DNA of 64,000 nt from Lingula anatina (GCA_051362555.1 CM120641.1:10664001-10728000), one strand, 5' to 3'. Counted from the stretch's first letter, positions 13,201 through 27,900 are shown. Translations and numbers: made by a program. The notes: generated by a model from the letters alone, not told the origin.

Positions 13201-16200
13201 GCATTGTGCTGTGCATGAAGTTCTTCCAGATCTCTCACTTGGATTTTAAGGCTCTGGAGTAGGAAAATGGCATAATGAAGTTCTACTACTTTGATAAATT
13301 ACAAGCAAATAAATAGATAGCTAAATGATTAAGAATGTATAATGTAAGCAAAATAACCAAGAAATTATGTAATAAACACTCTTTCCATTATGTAAATAAC
13401 CAATGGAATACACCTTCCTGTCAAACTTTTTTTATCTTTGATTATTATAAATATCAATTACTAGAGTTAATTTATACCTGTGTTTCTTCTAAAGATTTCT
13501 TAAGCTTATGGTTGACCACTTCACTCTCAGTGGTGCTTTTTTGTAGACTGCACTCGAGTTCATAGACCTACAAAAGGAGAACAAAACAGCACCATACAGT
13601 AAGATATCTCTTATGTCTAGGGAAATGTCTTGTACGGATGCAAGGAAGCAGGTACTGATGGAGTAATATTGAATTTTTTTTAAATAAAATATTACATAAT
13701 TTACAGCATTGTTGATATCAGTTTATCAGTGTGTCCACCCTTAAGGTGATAATTTGATACCTTTTGGTTTAACTTGGTTATAAGCTCTTCATTTTCCTTC
13801 CTTGTCTGAGCTAGCACAGCAAGAGATTCTTTTCTAGCTTTGTCCATTTCTTCAATTCTACGCTGCTGAGCAAGGTTCCAATTCTCCTCTGAGAGCAGGC
13901 GCTCTTTGTTGACTGCTGGACTTCTGTCCTCTGCTCCTGCCTGCAATGCTTCACATTGCTCTTGCACTTTTTTAAGTTCAGAAGTCTTGACATCTACTTG
14001 ATTTTTTAATTCTTCCATTTCTTTCTGGAACTATGTAAGATTGTCACCATATAAATCTCAGATTCGCAGATTACGTTATCAGCTTTAAGTGAATGTTCCT
14101 ACATGCACACTATAATAATGATTGATAAACAATAGAGAAGTGCACATACCATGTCTTCAGTGTCCTGGGATTTGGCCTTCAGAACATCATATTGCTCTTG
14201 CAGGGTTTGCAGTTCTGAATTATTGTGCTCTAAACTTGTCTCCAACTCCACAATTTTAATCTGTAACTTGTTCTGAAAAAAACATGACATAGAAAACAGA
14301 TAACTTAAAAACCAAATTTACAACAAGAGAGTAATCAATCCAGGGCTAAACAAGAAACTGCAAAAGAAAAATCACCCCATAACCCCTGTAAATGGAGAGT
14401 CTAAATTCTGAGAAAAGATATATTCTTAAGTTACATACCATATCATCACTACTGCTGGTCTTCAAAGTCTCGTGTTGTTTATAAGCTTGCTGCAGTTCAT
14501 TTTCTTTGGCTACCAACACCTGTTTAAGCTCCTCCATTTCATTTTGATAATTGCCAATGTCCTGTGAAAACAAATATAAATGTCATTCAAAATGAAATAT
14601 AAATGTCATTCGAAATAAAGGTCATGAAGCTATTTAAAACTAATATATGATAGGGGCAATATAAAAAACACTGCTTAGATGAGGAGTCTTACTGTGACCA
14701 AGAAAACTGAGCTTCAGGAGTATTAGAAAAATACCAAAAAACTGATGTCACAGTTGGCAGAGAGTGTAGGCAGTGATGGTTTATTTCTTGAGGATCATTG
14801 TGATCATGCCAAGAGAGGTCTTTTAGCAGCAACTCAGGTAGGCAAAATTGAAAACTGATTTAATCCATTACTTGTGTGAGAAGACCTGGAAGTCTACAAT
14901 ATTTTTTTCTGTCAAATTTGCAAAATGTTCATCTGTTGTAACATTTTATGGAAATGGACATGGTGGGAGTCAATACATGCTGTCAGTTGAATATCAATCT
15001 ATTTTAATGACTGCATACAATTATATGACCCCTTTTTTTCTTGTCTTTTGCAAAAGGATGCAAAAACATATTGAAGGAACGTTGGTTTTTGAGCTAATAA
15101 TATATTTCAGTCCCTTTAAAATCCACAAAGGTGCTTTCCACATAATGTCTCCTAATTAATCTAAAATCCATGCATTATGTAAGAAATCTGATGTTTCTAC
15201 TAATCTTAATGATTTATCAATAATGAAGAAGTGCCCATACCGTGTCTTCAACATCCTGGGATTTGGCCTTCAGAACATCATATTGCTCTTGCAGGGTTTG
15301 CAGTTCCGAATTATTGCTCTCTAAACATGCTTCCAACTCCTCAATTTTAATCTGCAACTTGTTCTGAAAAAACATGACAGAGTGGAAAACAGATAACTTT
15401 AAAACCAAATCTACAACAAGAAAGTAATCAATCCATAGCAGAACTAAAGAGTAAAAGAAAAATTTACAAATATATCCTGTTCCCCCAGATTGATAAACTA
15501 AATTTTCAGAAAACATTTTTTAAGTTTCATACCACATCATCATTGCTGCTGATCTTCAAAGTCTCATGTTGTTCATAAGCTTGCTGCAATTCTTTTTCTT
15601 TGGCTTCCAACTCACACTTAAACTCCTCTATTTTATTTTGATATTTACCAATATCCTGTGAAAACAAAAAATATATGTCACTCCAAATGAAGTTAATGAA
15701 GCTACTTAAAACTATTCTAATAGGGAGAATATAAAGAAGATATTGAGAAGATAAAGAGCCTTTGAGCTTAAACAGCACAAGAAAAAAGATACCAAACTGA
15801 TGTCACAATCAAGAAATAATGTTGGCAGTGATGACTTATTTCTTCAGGACCGTTATGGTGATATTATAAGTGATCTTTCAAAAATCTAGGTAGGCAAAAG
15901 AGTGCCCATACCACATTGTCAGTGTCCTGTGATTTGGCCTTCAGAACATCATATTGCTCTTGCAGGGTTTGCAGTTCTGAATTATTGCTCTCTAAACATG
16001 CTTCCAACTCTTCAATTTTAATCTGCAGTCTGTCCTATTATAAGTTAAGAACAGACAAAGATTTATACAGCCAATAAATGTATAAAACGTTCAGTAGCAA
16101 GAATTTATTACCTTGTTAAATACTTTCCACAACATATATGTAAAACTTTATTAAAATGGACATGTTTGTGGTAAAAGGTTTCAAATTCCTTAAAATTAAA

Positions 16201-19200
16201 TGGTATATTATCCCACTCCCCCAGATCGTCAGACTAAATTTTCAGAAAACATCTTTTTAAGTTTCATACCACATCATCACTACTGCTGATCTTCAAAGTC
16301 TCATGCTGTTCATAAGTTTTCTGTAGTTCATTTTCTTTGGCAACCAACAGCTGCTTTAGCTCTTCTATCTCATTTTCATATAATCCAATGTCCTGCAAAA
16401 ACCAAATATGAATGTCATCCCAAATGAAGTACAGTAATGAAGCAACCTAAAACTATTCTTTAGGGACAATATTAAGAATACATTGAGAAGATGAACAGCC
16501 TAAATGTGACCAAGGTATCTGTTTTTAAAATGTATAAGAAAAAATATACAAAACTGCTGTCACAGTCAAGAGAGAACGTTGGCAGTGGGGACCATTGTGG
16601 TGATGTTATAAGTGATCTTGCAGAAATCCAGGTAGGCAAAAAAGTGCCATTACCACATCATCAGTATCCTGGGATTTGGCCTTCAGAACATCATGTTGCT
16701 CTTGCAGAGTTTGCAGTTCTGCATTATTGCGCTCTAAACATGCTTCCAACTCCCCAATTTTAATCTGCAACTTGTCCTGTAATTAGTTAAGATTAGAGCA
16801 AAAAGTATATAAAAGTTCAGTAGCAAGTATTTATTACCTTGTTAAATACTTTCTACAACATATATGTAAAACTTTAAAATGGTCATGTTTGTGGTAAAAG
16901 TTTTCAAATTCCTTAAATGGTACATCTGCTTCCTTGACTTTATCAGTATTTTCATAGTGTTATCACTCTTGCTGTTCAATTTAAACCCCAATAGTTTAAA
17001 ACTAGTTTTTAAAGGGACTCACAAGAAAATTCCACAGGATCTTTACAGTTTGGATTCCTCTTGTAGTCTATTGGATCTTTTGTTTTGCTTACCTTAATGA
17101 GGTTATTTGTTTATTATCTACCTTTTTATATAATTCTTTATAATTCTTATTCTTTTTCCATTTTGTACCAAATTTTTGACTGAATAACGTAGCAGTCTTA
17201 AATTAAAATTTCAGTAACATTCAGAATAAAACTTGACACAGGGGAAAAACAGAGAACTTTAAAACTTAATTTACAGGGGTTATCAATCCAAAGCTGAACA
17301 AAAGTGTAAAACAAAAAATTGCAAATTTCACCCCTAACCTCGTAAATGGAGAGACTTACGGTAATTCTCCAATCTATACGAACGCCGCAATAATTACGAA
17401 CGAAACGTTTTTTCTCTGAATCTGAATTTTTTGTCTCCGTTCTGTACGAACGATCGCTAAACTCACCTTGGGCACAATATAAATTTTCCGAACACAAGAA
17501 AGTGTGCCCGATTGAAACTCGCCCCATGATTCGTCAAAGCGAGTTTTCAGACCACCGTTCCAAACAAAGGAACTGCCACTTGACAGGAGAGATTGTTATT
17601 ATGTATTTGTGCTGTTTTTGAATGAGACGATAGGAGGACTCAACCTGCCCGCCGGCAGCTACAGGCCAGTAGTTTTAAAACCCTATTGTTATTGAGAAAT
17701 TATTGACAGCATCAGTACGCATAAATTACTTACTGTTTATTATCATTTCTTAACTTCTGCCGGCCGACTGGATCATAACATCCACCATCAGTGTTTCACC
17801 GATAAGTGGTTTCTAGTAAAATTTATAAACTTGAAACCCACGCACAACAGAAGAGTATGAGAAATCCATTGTCAATGATCGAGTTTTTCATTTGTTTTTG
17901 GTAGTCATCAGGAAATTAATTTTTTAAGAGGAGTTCTGTCTTGTATTGTATTTATTTTTCTAATTTGAGTTGTGATAAAGTTAATGTACTTTTTTTGTTT
18001 GTTTATTTGTTTGTTTGTTTTTCCTTGTTAAAGACCTTGTCTCATGAACAACTATTAGGTAAACCTTACTGATATTAGTGATTGTGAAAAATAAAGGTGC
18101 CGTATGACCTTATACAAATTTGCCTGCAGTTTTCTGTATTTTTTCTAATTAAGTTTACATTGATTGGGTGCAAATTAATATGCTGTAAAAGACTTTCATA
18201 AATAGACTTGAATTGAGCTGATGTTATTTTTTATATCAAGTATAATCTCTATTAACGTCAGTAATATCTACTGTGAGGAGTTTCAAGTATTTTGTTTTGG
18301 CGGGAGAAATTTATGTAGGCCTAATGGGGGTGTGTGACATTATTAATATTGCAAATTTTCTATATGTGAAATCATATTAAAAGTAAACACGCAATAAATA
18401 AAATATGCAACTGGATACGAAAATATTCTTGTCTGTTTTTGACAGAAGTTGGGAAAAACGATGTTGTCCTGTCTTGGTAAAACATAACAGGGAAAAACGA
18501 TGTTGTCTTGTCTTGGGAGAAATGTACCTCTTTAGTATGAAGAAATTGTTTTTTAACTTGAATTCCCGACTTTTGTTTAGTTTGTTTTAATTCATTGCAA
18601 TATCGCAAGAATAATTTGTTTGTGCTTTTAGCTGATCACAGTGATTTAATCTGAAAGTAATGCTTACACTTAGCAATGTAGGTAAGTGGAGATAACTTCA
18701 GGTACAGCCGTATTCCATCCGTATTTCAATGGATACGAACGCGTGGCAATTTTTAGCAGACTGAATTTCAAGCCTTACGAACAAAATGATTATCTTCCAA
18801 AAATAATTAATTTAAATCGTTCGTATAGATTGGAGAATTACCGTATTTTGAGAAAACAATGTACTCTTAAGTTGCATACCGCATCATCACTGCTGCTGGT
18901 CTTCAAAGTCTCGTGCTGTTCATAAGCTTGCTGCAGTTCATTTTCTTTGGCAACCAACAGCTGTTTAAGCTCCTCTATTTCATTTTGATATTTGCCATCA
19001 TCCTGTGAAAACCAAATACATCATTCCAAATGCAGTAAGGTAGTGAAGCAACTTAAATCTATTCTAATAGGGACAATATAAAGAAGACATTGACAAGATG
19101 AAGAACATAATTGCAACCAAGGACACTGAGCTTAAAGAGTATTTTAAAAATACACTAATATGATGTCACAGTCAATTCTTGGTAGTGATGACCCATTTCC

Positions 19201-20325
19201 TGAGGACTATTTTGAAGATGCTAAGAGTGATCTTCTAGCAGAAAATCAGGAAGGCAAAATAGAAAACATTGATTTAACACTTAGGTTGTGTGACAGGACT
19301 CGGAAATCTTTAATTTTTTTCTCTAAATATAGTGGAGAATTGTTCTTTGGCCAAAATTCATCTGTGTGAACAATGGTTTATGGAATTGAACATCAATTTA
19401 ATGAGGGAAAGTATGACTTATTTGACTTGTGCCAAAGGTAGCAAAAGCACATTGATGTAATGATGTGTTTTGGGCTGATCATGTATTTCTGTCCTTTTAA
19501 AATCAATCAACAATAAAGAAGTGCCCATACCATATTGTCAGTGTCCTGGGATTTGGCCTTCAGAACATCATATTGCTCTTGCAGGGTTTGCAGTTCTGAA
19601 TTATTGTGCTCTAAACTTGCCTCCAACTCCACAATTTTAATCTGTAACTTGTCCTGTAATAAGTTTAAAAGGTTTATATTTAGCCAATAATTATATCAAA
19701 TATTCAGTAGCTGGAATCAATTACCCTTTAAAATACTTTCTATAACAAGGTATAAGTTTGTTAAACTGGAAAACTTTCTGGTAAAACATTTCAATTTTCC
19801 TTAAATGGTATATCTGCTGCCTTGCCTTTTTCAATACTTTCATAGTGTTATTTTACAATTTCTGACCAATTTTGATAGCATCTATATTGTTTTGATTCCT
19901 ACTGTAGTCTACAATCATATCATTTGTTTTACTCACATTGATGAGATTATTTGTATATTACCCATCTATAAATGATCTAACTTTTTATTTACTTCTTCGC
20001 AATTCATTTATTTACTTTCATTTCATACCAGCTTTTTTTACTGAATAACAACCAGACAATCAGTATTAAATCAGAATTTCAAAAAGCATAAATGCAGACA
20101 CTAAAATTTGAGAAAAAAAATTCCTAAGTTTCATACCATATCATCACTGCTACTAATCTTTAAAGTCTCATGCTGTTCATAAGCTTGCTGTAGTTCATTT
20201 TCTTTGGCTACCAACTTCTGTTTAAGCTCCTCTATTTCACTTTTATACTTGCCATTGTCCTGTGAAAAGCAAATTTAAATGTCATTCCAAATGAAGTATG
20301 GTAATGAAGCAACACTAGCTGTCCC

Positions 20326-20362
<37 letters not shown>

Positions 20363-23300
20363 GAATTTCTAGTGATAATCAGAGAGCTTGATGCAAAATC
20401 CCAAAAGCTGATACAAACTAGGGAAGACCTTGAAAAACTAATAATTGATCTCTAGAGCAGTGTGATATTTGAAAGGGTCAGAGTACAAGCCATGGCTGAC
20501 AGCAGTCTTCAACCAAGTCTTCAACCAAGTGAACTCTGATATATTCAGATTAACTCTTCGTCCAATAACCTATCATTTTCTGTTTTTTGTTTTTTTTTGT
20601 AAAGTCTGATAAGTGTTTTGAAAATTCTTCAAAAATAAAATGTTTTAATATTGAGATACATCTTTAGTTAAATGAAAGAATATTATAAAGAGGCTATTTT
20701 TTGTACTGGGTCATGTTAGTTTTTATAAATTTTAAAGGTTGGTGTAATACAAAGCTATAATTTCTGTTCAATCGTATTTGATCACAATATATATTTATCA
20801 GAAGCACCAGTACAAATTTTGTGAATTAAGGGTCCTCTTACAAACAAAAGAAGTTGACCTTGAAAGACTGAGGGAGGAAAACAGTGTTAAACCTGAATAT
20901 TGAAAAGGGTGATGCAGAAACATGAGAAATATTAGTCATATAAAGTAATCACGAATTAAGGCTAATACAATAATTTCTATCCAAATATCCTACCTCCAGT
21001 TCTTGACTGTTCAATTCGGTAACTTTCACCAACTGTTCGAGCTGCCTAATCTTGTGTTTTAACTGATCCTGTGAAAACAAAAATAGAGATCAGTGACATT
21101 TCAATTACTGCTTATTCTGCCATCATTATACAAACAAACTGAATGGACAGAGTGAGTCTGATCACAAATGTCTAGATGTATAATATAATTCTTTGAGTAA
21201 ATAAAATAAAGCTGGATGTAATAGCTGCCTAACAGGAATTTTATAAATTACACCATATGACGCCATATTTATCTTACCACTTGCTCATGTTTAGGACTGG
21301 TAGAATTTTCTCTAATCTCTGCTTCCATCTTGGTAAACTCTTGCAATTCCCTCAACTCACTATCTTTGTCTCTCAAATCACCTCTCAGCTGTTTAATGGT
21401 ATCTTCAAGCTCCATGTTGTGAGCTTCTCTACATAAAAAGAAAAAGAAATAAAATTCATGCCACACAAAACTTAAACAACTACAAAAAAGTCTAGAACAT
21501 AGGAATGCATACGATGATTGTTTATTTAAGATTTTTTTCAAAAGAAGAAGTAAAACTAAATACCTTATTTTGAAATAGTGGTGACAATTAAAATTTGCAA
21601 CTACTGAAAAGTAGATTATGTCATTTTTAAAAATCTATAACCATACTGTGCAAAACAATGAGGGTGCAGCAAACCTACAATGTGCACACAGCCTGGCTGA
21701 TAGAGTCTAGCTGTTCATCTTTACGTGCTTTTTCTGTCTGCAGCTGTTCACAAAGAGTCATCACTTCCTCCAACTGGTCACGGAGAAAATCAGTCTATTT
21801 CCAATTAAAAGGCAACTCATTAGTTTCACTTCAAAGCCATATGATGATAGCAACAATAATGATCAATAACAGACGATCCACTAGGTACACAACTGAATGT
21901 ATAGACCATTATTATTTTTTTTTTCAAATAAATCCAAGTCCTCTTACACAATAAGAACATAATTCAGCCTATAGCCACGGATGGAATTTTTAAAAAATCA
22001 AAACAAAAGTTCTGATAGCAATTTGATAATAATACAAGAAAAAAGGCAAGAGCAGTTTCTTTCTCAACATAAATATTGCAATTTTATATAATCAAATCAA
22101 ATCAAATCAAATCAAAGCCCATATCAAAGAAATGAAAAACATTTGTATCAAATTGGGTTTAAGAACACATACCTGACAATCACAAGTTTTCCTTATTACT
22201 TCCTTTTCCTCGGTCATTTGCCTGTCATTTGGAAAGTCAACAAATGCTGAAATATAAGAGTACACTTCTCCCACTCAGCTTCAACACATTAAGTAATTAC
22301 AGAATTATAAAAACCATACACTTAATATATTCCCACTATACTTTCAAGAGTGCTTAATTACAGAACATTATACACACATCTTTCAACTGTGCTTACAATT
22401 TTCCAATTCCTGTTTTTTCTTTTGCTCTGGTATCTCCATCAAAGGGGAGAAGGACGATAATGACATATTCCTCAGCGGGGACAAGCCTGAAAAGCTGCCA
22501 ACTGATTTCCTGGAGGTCATCTTCCCAGGGCACCAGGTTTCTCTCCTCAACTTTCTCTAAACATGGTCATAAATAAATATGTGAGCACGCATTTCTTATA
22601 TATACTAGTCAATAAAAGAAAATTAAGTTTTATTATGTCTTTGGTTTTATGAGTCTTCCTTCTCCATTCTTCCATCAGCACAGCTCTTAACTCTATGATG
22701 GTGGTAGGCTGTGACTGGTGGTTATAAAGTCATATGCCCTGGTTATTACCAATGTAAGTGCAATAAAATTCCTAGCACTACAATACTGATGTGAAAAGTT
22801 TAAGACTAATAAAATGCATGTTGCTTGAATACCTTTTTTGGTGCGGTATCACCATCTGTTGTTCTGCTGGAAACGCACACCATCTTCTGCAGTATATCTA
22901 TCTTGTCCTGCTGTTCTTTTTGTAACTGTTCTTTCTCTTCCAGACGTCTCTGGAGCTCCTCATTCTCAAGCTGGACCTCCGTGTTCCCCATCTCGAAAAT
23001 AACAACCGCATTAAGCTAAAGATAAATACCTGCTTTCATTCAAGCATCACGGACTCGCACACATTTGGTAGGTGCTTTTTTATTTTAATGTGCAAACAAA
23101 AAAAACTAAAGATGGGCAGCAAAAACACATTTCATAGTAAGTTAGCAGCCTAAAATAGTTAAATGAACCAAAATTTACCTTATGAGACTTAATTTTGGAC
23201 AAAAGATATATATTCAAAAATGGATAAGTTGACAATATAATCACTTTCAATTTTTATGTCAATGAACATTCAAACTATTTTTTTCTTACCATTTCAATTT

Positions 23301-24824
23301 TCTTTTTTAGATTATCCAGTTCTGTCTTGTATCTTTTTAGCAGAGCTGCCTCAGACACAACTTCATTAACCTGTGGCTTGTTCTTTATATTCTTAGCTCT
23401 GGAAGCAAACTGAAAAAGGAAGCAGCTTGAATTAACCAGTTATAAACTGAAATTAACCAATTTTTTCTTTTTAAAACAGACCCTTTAGCAAGATATTTTC
23501 CAGGTTTAACTGACTTACCCTTAAAAACCTTAACAACATATCAAACAGTATACGTTAAATACTAAAGATTACTTATACCATTACTGATAATGTTAAGTTT
23601 ATATTAGTCAACCCTGTAAGTCAGTATGGTGCCTTACCTTCAATGTGGAATGGGTCTCCTCCACAGAGGCTGGGGTAACAGTACAAATGATTGCAGTTTT
23701 GGAATTTCCACCCAGTGAATTTTGAAGAATTCTTGTCAGCTTAGAATCTCTAAAGCCAATAAAACTGGAAAAAAATCATTATCAGCAAGTTATAGCCATG
23801 TTGTTAGTGTGGAATACAGTTCAATCTTTATCTAGGGTATTTTCATTTACTGTACTAAGCTGACAAAGTATTTTATTTTTGTGGCAAAATAAAAGGTTGC
23901 AACTCCTTTAGGAGTTAAAGCACATAAATGCTCTTCCACTCCACACTTCATATAACAAGTAAATGTTAAAAGGTTATAACAAGGCAGCAAAGCTGTCAAA
24001 TGTACAGACAAAAAACAGAAAATAAAGATGCAAAAAAGGTCATTTTGTCAATTTTGATGCAATAATAAATAATGCTTATAATAGCACTGTCAGTCAACAC
24101 TGAATTTTAATCTTGCACAACAAGTAACATGGTCAATAACAGGAGCAGACCCAGAGATATTTTCTGACAGTATTCCAAAGTATCTATGTTGATCCATCCT
24201 CCATTTTGAAGGTCTTCCAACAGAAAAAAATAGATACCAGTCAATATAAACTTAATAACCTGACTGTCTTCCGGAAGACCCAGAAGATGGTCTCAATCCA
24301 CCCCTTCAATAATATTACAGTTTCAGGAACATGAGAGTTCAAATTCACATTATGAAAGTCTCAATATTTGAAAAATGATGACAGTGGCAGTGCATAAAAT
24401 AATATTACATAATGTTTAAAGACATAAAAAACAACACAACTGCTTATGTAGAAATACAGAAAATGTGCAGAGCCCCAGGCAGATGAGAGTTAAAAGTCAC
24501 AAATGCAAGTGTTTGAGAAAAAATTATAAAGGAAAACAACAAAACTAGAAAAGCACTTTGAGAGTGCAGACCTCTGCCAAGGCAGCAATTGTTGATTATT
24601 ATTGATAATTGTTTGAATATTGATCCGGTCCACCACCAAAAATTAATCATTGTCCTCTTTGGCCAACTTCCGACAGTTCCTGAAAATTCCTGCAAAATCG
24701 GTCCATAACTTTTTGTGTTATGTGGATGACAGACAAACAGGGGTGAAAATGTAACCTCCTTGGCAGAGCTTGAGGTAAATATTATTCCAATGAAGATGCT
24801 ATTCAAACTTTTAATCTTCCAGTT

Positions 24825-24923
<99 letters not shown>

Positions 24924-27900
24924 TGTGTATATATATATTTAAAACTTATTTGCAATATTAAACAAAATTTACATGCATAATTATCACTGCTTCCTTATTA
25001 TTAATCTAGCAGAGAGCTTTGCCTTTGGGAGTTTACAGGGAAATATCAACAAGTGTGCTTTACGTAATCTCATTTAATGGCCTATTAAGGCAAATGACTT
25101 TATAACTCTGAAATTAATCTAGTGATACCCAAGGGTAATTTACAGACTGACCCACTCAAAGGTCTTCAGGCCCATAAGTCACACCTTAAGAAAAGCACAA
25201 AACCATAATGCCCAAAATAGGAGACTACCAATCCTGATGCAATAATACATTATGTTTAACTGCACAGTCAACATCAACTAACAGGTAACACAGACGAAAG
25301 TAAAAGCATAAGGCTTCAGGCCCATCAGAGTTCAAGTTTATACTTAGAAAGTGCCAGAATGAGAAAAATGAAAATTTCACAAGAAATGCATAAATACAAT
25401 AAAAATGATAATCCAATAGAGGTGGTTTTCTCATATGAGCTGAAGGCCAATCCTAAAAATCGTACTTGTAAGTTTAAATTATAATAATGAGGACAGTTTT
25501 CTTTTCATAATGTTTGCAGTAGCAGTTGTTGTCAATTTTGATGTAACATTACATAATAAATTAGAGAATAATTATCACCAATTTTTGTTTATTGACTATA
25601 AATAGGATGGACATGTAGAAAATATGATTACCATTTGGCTTCATGTCCATGGGAGCTCCGAGTCCCACAATGAATATGCTAAAAAGAAATGAATATTACA
25701 CTAAAATGTATAACTTCCAGAAAAAGAAGCCAATTAGACTGCTTTTCTAACTCAGGCTGCATTTTAGTCCTGTGTTTCTTTTTTTAAAGTTTGACAGTCA
25801 TAAGTAACACGGTTTTCCCATAATGGTCATCAAGGCAGCAGCACCAAAAATTGTGTTTTCTTCTATTTTGATGCAACATTACATAATGCTTAACAGCATA
25901 ATGACCATCAATTTTTAATAATAAAATATAAGTGTCATGGATTTTCAGAAAATGCGACTAGCTTGGGCCTTCAAGCCCGTGGAGGTTCTAAGTCACACCT
26001 TGGAAATGCCAATATGTGAAAAATTAAATTTTCACAAAAAACTGTTTAATTGCCAGAAAAATTTACCAAACACACTGCATTGCCTACTAAAGCTGTATTT
26101 TAGACCCATGTTTCTTTCCTGTAAGTTTGAGAACAGCAATTGACATGATTTTCCTTAAATGGTCATCATGGGAGTAGTGCCCAAAATAGGGGTTTCTTCA
26201 AATTTTGATGCAACATTACATAATGTTTAACAGCATAATGACCATCAATTTTCAATTATAAAATATTAGTATCATGGTTATTCAGAAAATGTGACTAGCA
26301 AAAGTCTTCAGGCCCATGGAACTTCAAAGTCACATATTGAAAATGCCAAAATGTAAACAAGACAGCACTGTTCTGAAATGGGTTTATTTCCATTTTTAAC
26401 ACTTTTTAACATAAAACAAAATAAACAGTTTACTGCCATTTTTATATGACCAATGAAGAAAATTGATGAGATGGGAAAAGTGTCAATAGAACAATGTTAA
26501 ATGTCCAACTTCCTCCATTCTGAGATTCTGAACATAGTGGATGAATGCATCTGACAAACTGCAATGATATGAGTTTATTTCCATTTTTGACACTTTATTA
26601 CACAATACATGATAACAAGTTTACCATCATTTTTACAAAATCAACTAACAATGTTGTAAAGATGCAGGAAATGCCAAACAAACACATTTACGTATCTTAT
26701 TAGTTCAATAATGAAACTGTTAACATGCCTAAGAATTGAATGTGAGGAAATGTGAAAAAACAGCATAACTTCTAAAATAATGGACTGATTATGCTGATTT
26801 TCAAACTCAACCTGCGTTTTAGTAAGATTGGCCCCTCCTGTGAGTATAATGACAATTGGCCAATCTGTTTTTCTTATATTGTGTTATCAGTGTTGCATAT
26901 ATACTGAAAAAAGTGAAAAAAACAGCATAATTACCCTATGAGTGACCCGATCGTGCTGATTTTCGAACTTGACCTGCGTATTATGAATATTCATCAGTTC
27001 TGTAAGTTTCAAGCCAAAGGGTAAAACGATATTTCACTTATCGTGTTATCAGTGTTACAAAAATGCTGAAAAAAGTGAAAAAACAGTGTAACTTCCCTAA
27101 AAATGACCCGATCATGCTGATTTTCGAACTTGACCTGCGTATTATGAATATTCATCAGTTCCATAAGTTTCAAGCCAAAAGGTAAAACGGTTTTCCACTT
27201 ATCGTGTTATCGGTGTTGCATATATGCTGAAAAAAGGGAAAAAACAGCGTAACTTCCCTAAAAATGACCCGATCATGCTGATTTTCGAACTTGACCTGCA
27301 TATTATGAATATTCATCAGTTCTGTAAGTTTCAAGCCAAAAGCAAAAACAGTTTTCCACTTATCGTGTTATCGGTAAAAGTGCACGACGGCGACGACGGC
27401 ACCGACGGCGACGACGACAGACGCAGATGATGGCTATATGTACAGACACATCTGTGTCTGTACATAAAAATGAAATAATCTAATATGAATGACACATACG
27501 ATTTTCCTTCACTGAGATTATAGATAACTTGACTCAGTTGGAAAAGGCTTGAATTGATGGCACAGCCCTCCTGGAAGCGTACTCCAGTAGCCCCAGTCTG
27601 GCTGACCCTTTCTGATCCAGCCAAATCAACCAGATTCTGGAAAAAGCAGTGTGAAAAATGTCAACTCCCTTCATTATTAGAGTAAATTTGAGAAAATATT
27701 AAAAGTAATTTTTGCCAGACTAATATGCAATGTGTCTACCTTAAAAAGAGATCTTTCTTGTGTACTTCCTACATCGTTTAGTGTAAAAAATTGGCTTTCT
27801 TCTTTAAAAAAATCCTATTTCACTTTTATTTACAGAAAATGAAATAATGGATATTCACCAAATGAGAAACCATTACAGCCCCATCAACAGATTTTCTTGA

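Noticed and set aside
16491-16763. Plus-strand 90-aa ORF
   Set aside because: Antisense shadow of a CENP-E repeat exon and intron.
8309-20259. Repeated coiled-coil ORFs as separate small genes or mutually exclusive exons
   Set aside because: Each is bounded by splice sites inside CENP-E. The two exon types alternate strictly with normal-sized introns, which fits serial inclusion. Mutually exclusive splicing is not indicated.
21679-21700. Possible GC-AG intron in CENP-E
   Set aside because: A canonical GTAGGT donor a few codons downstream gives the correct phase.
24760-24942. ORF with an IYIYIY run
   Set aside because: Translation of the (TA)n microsatellite.
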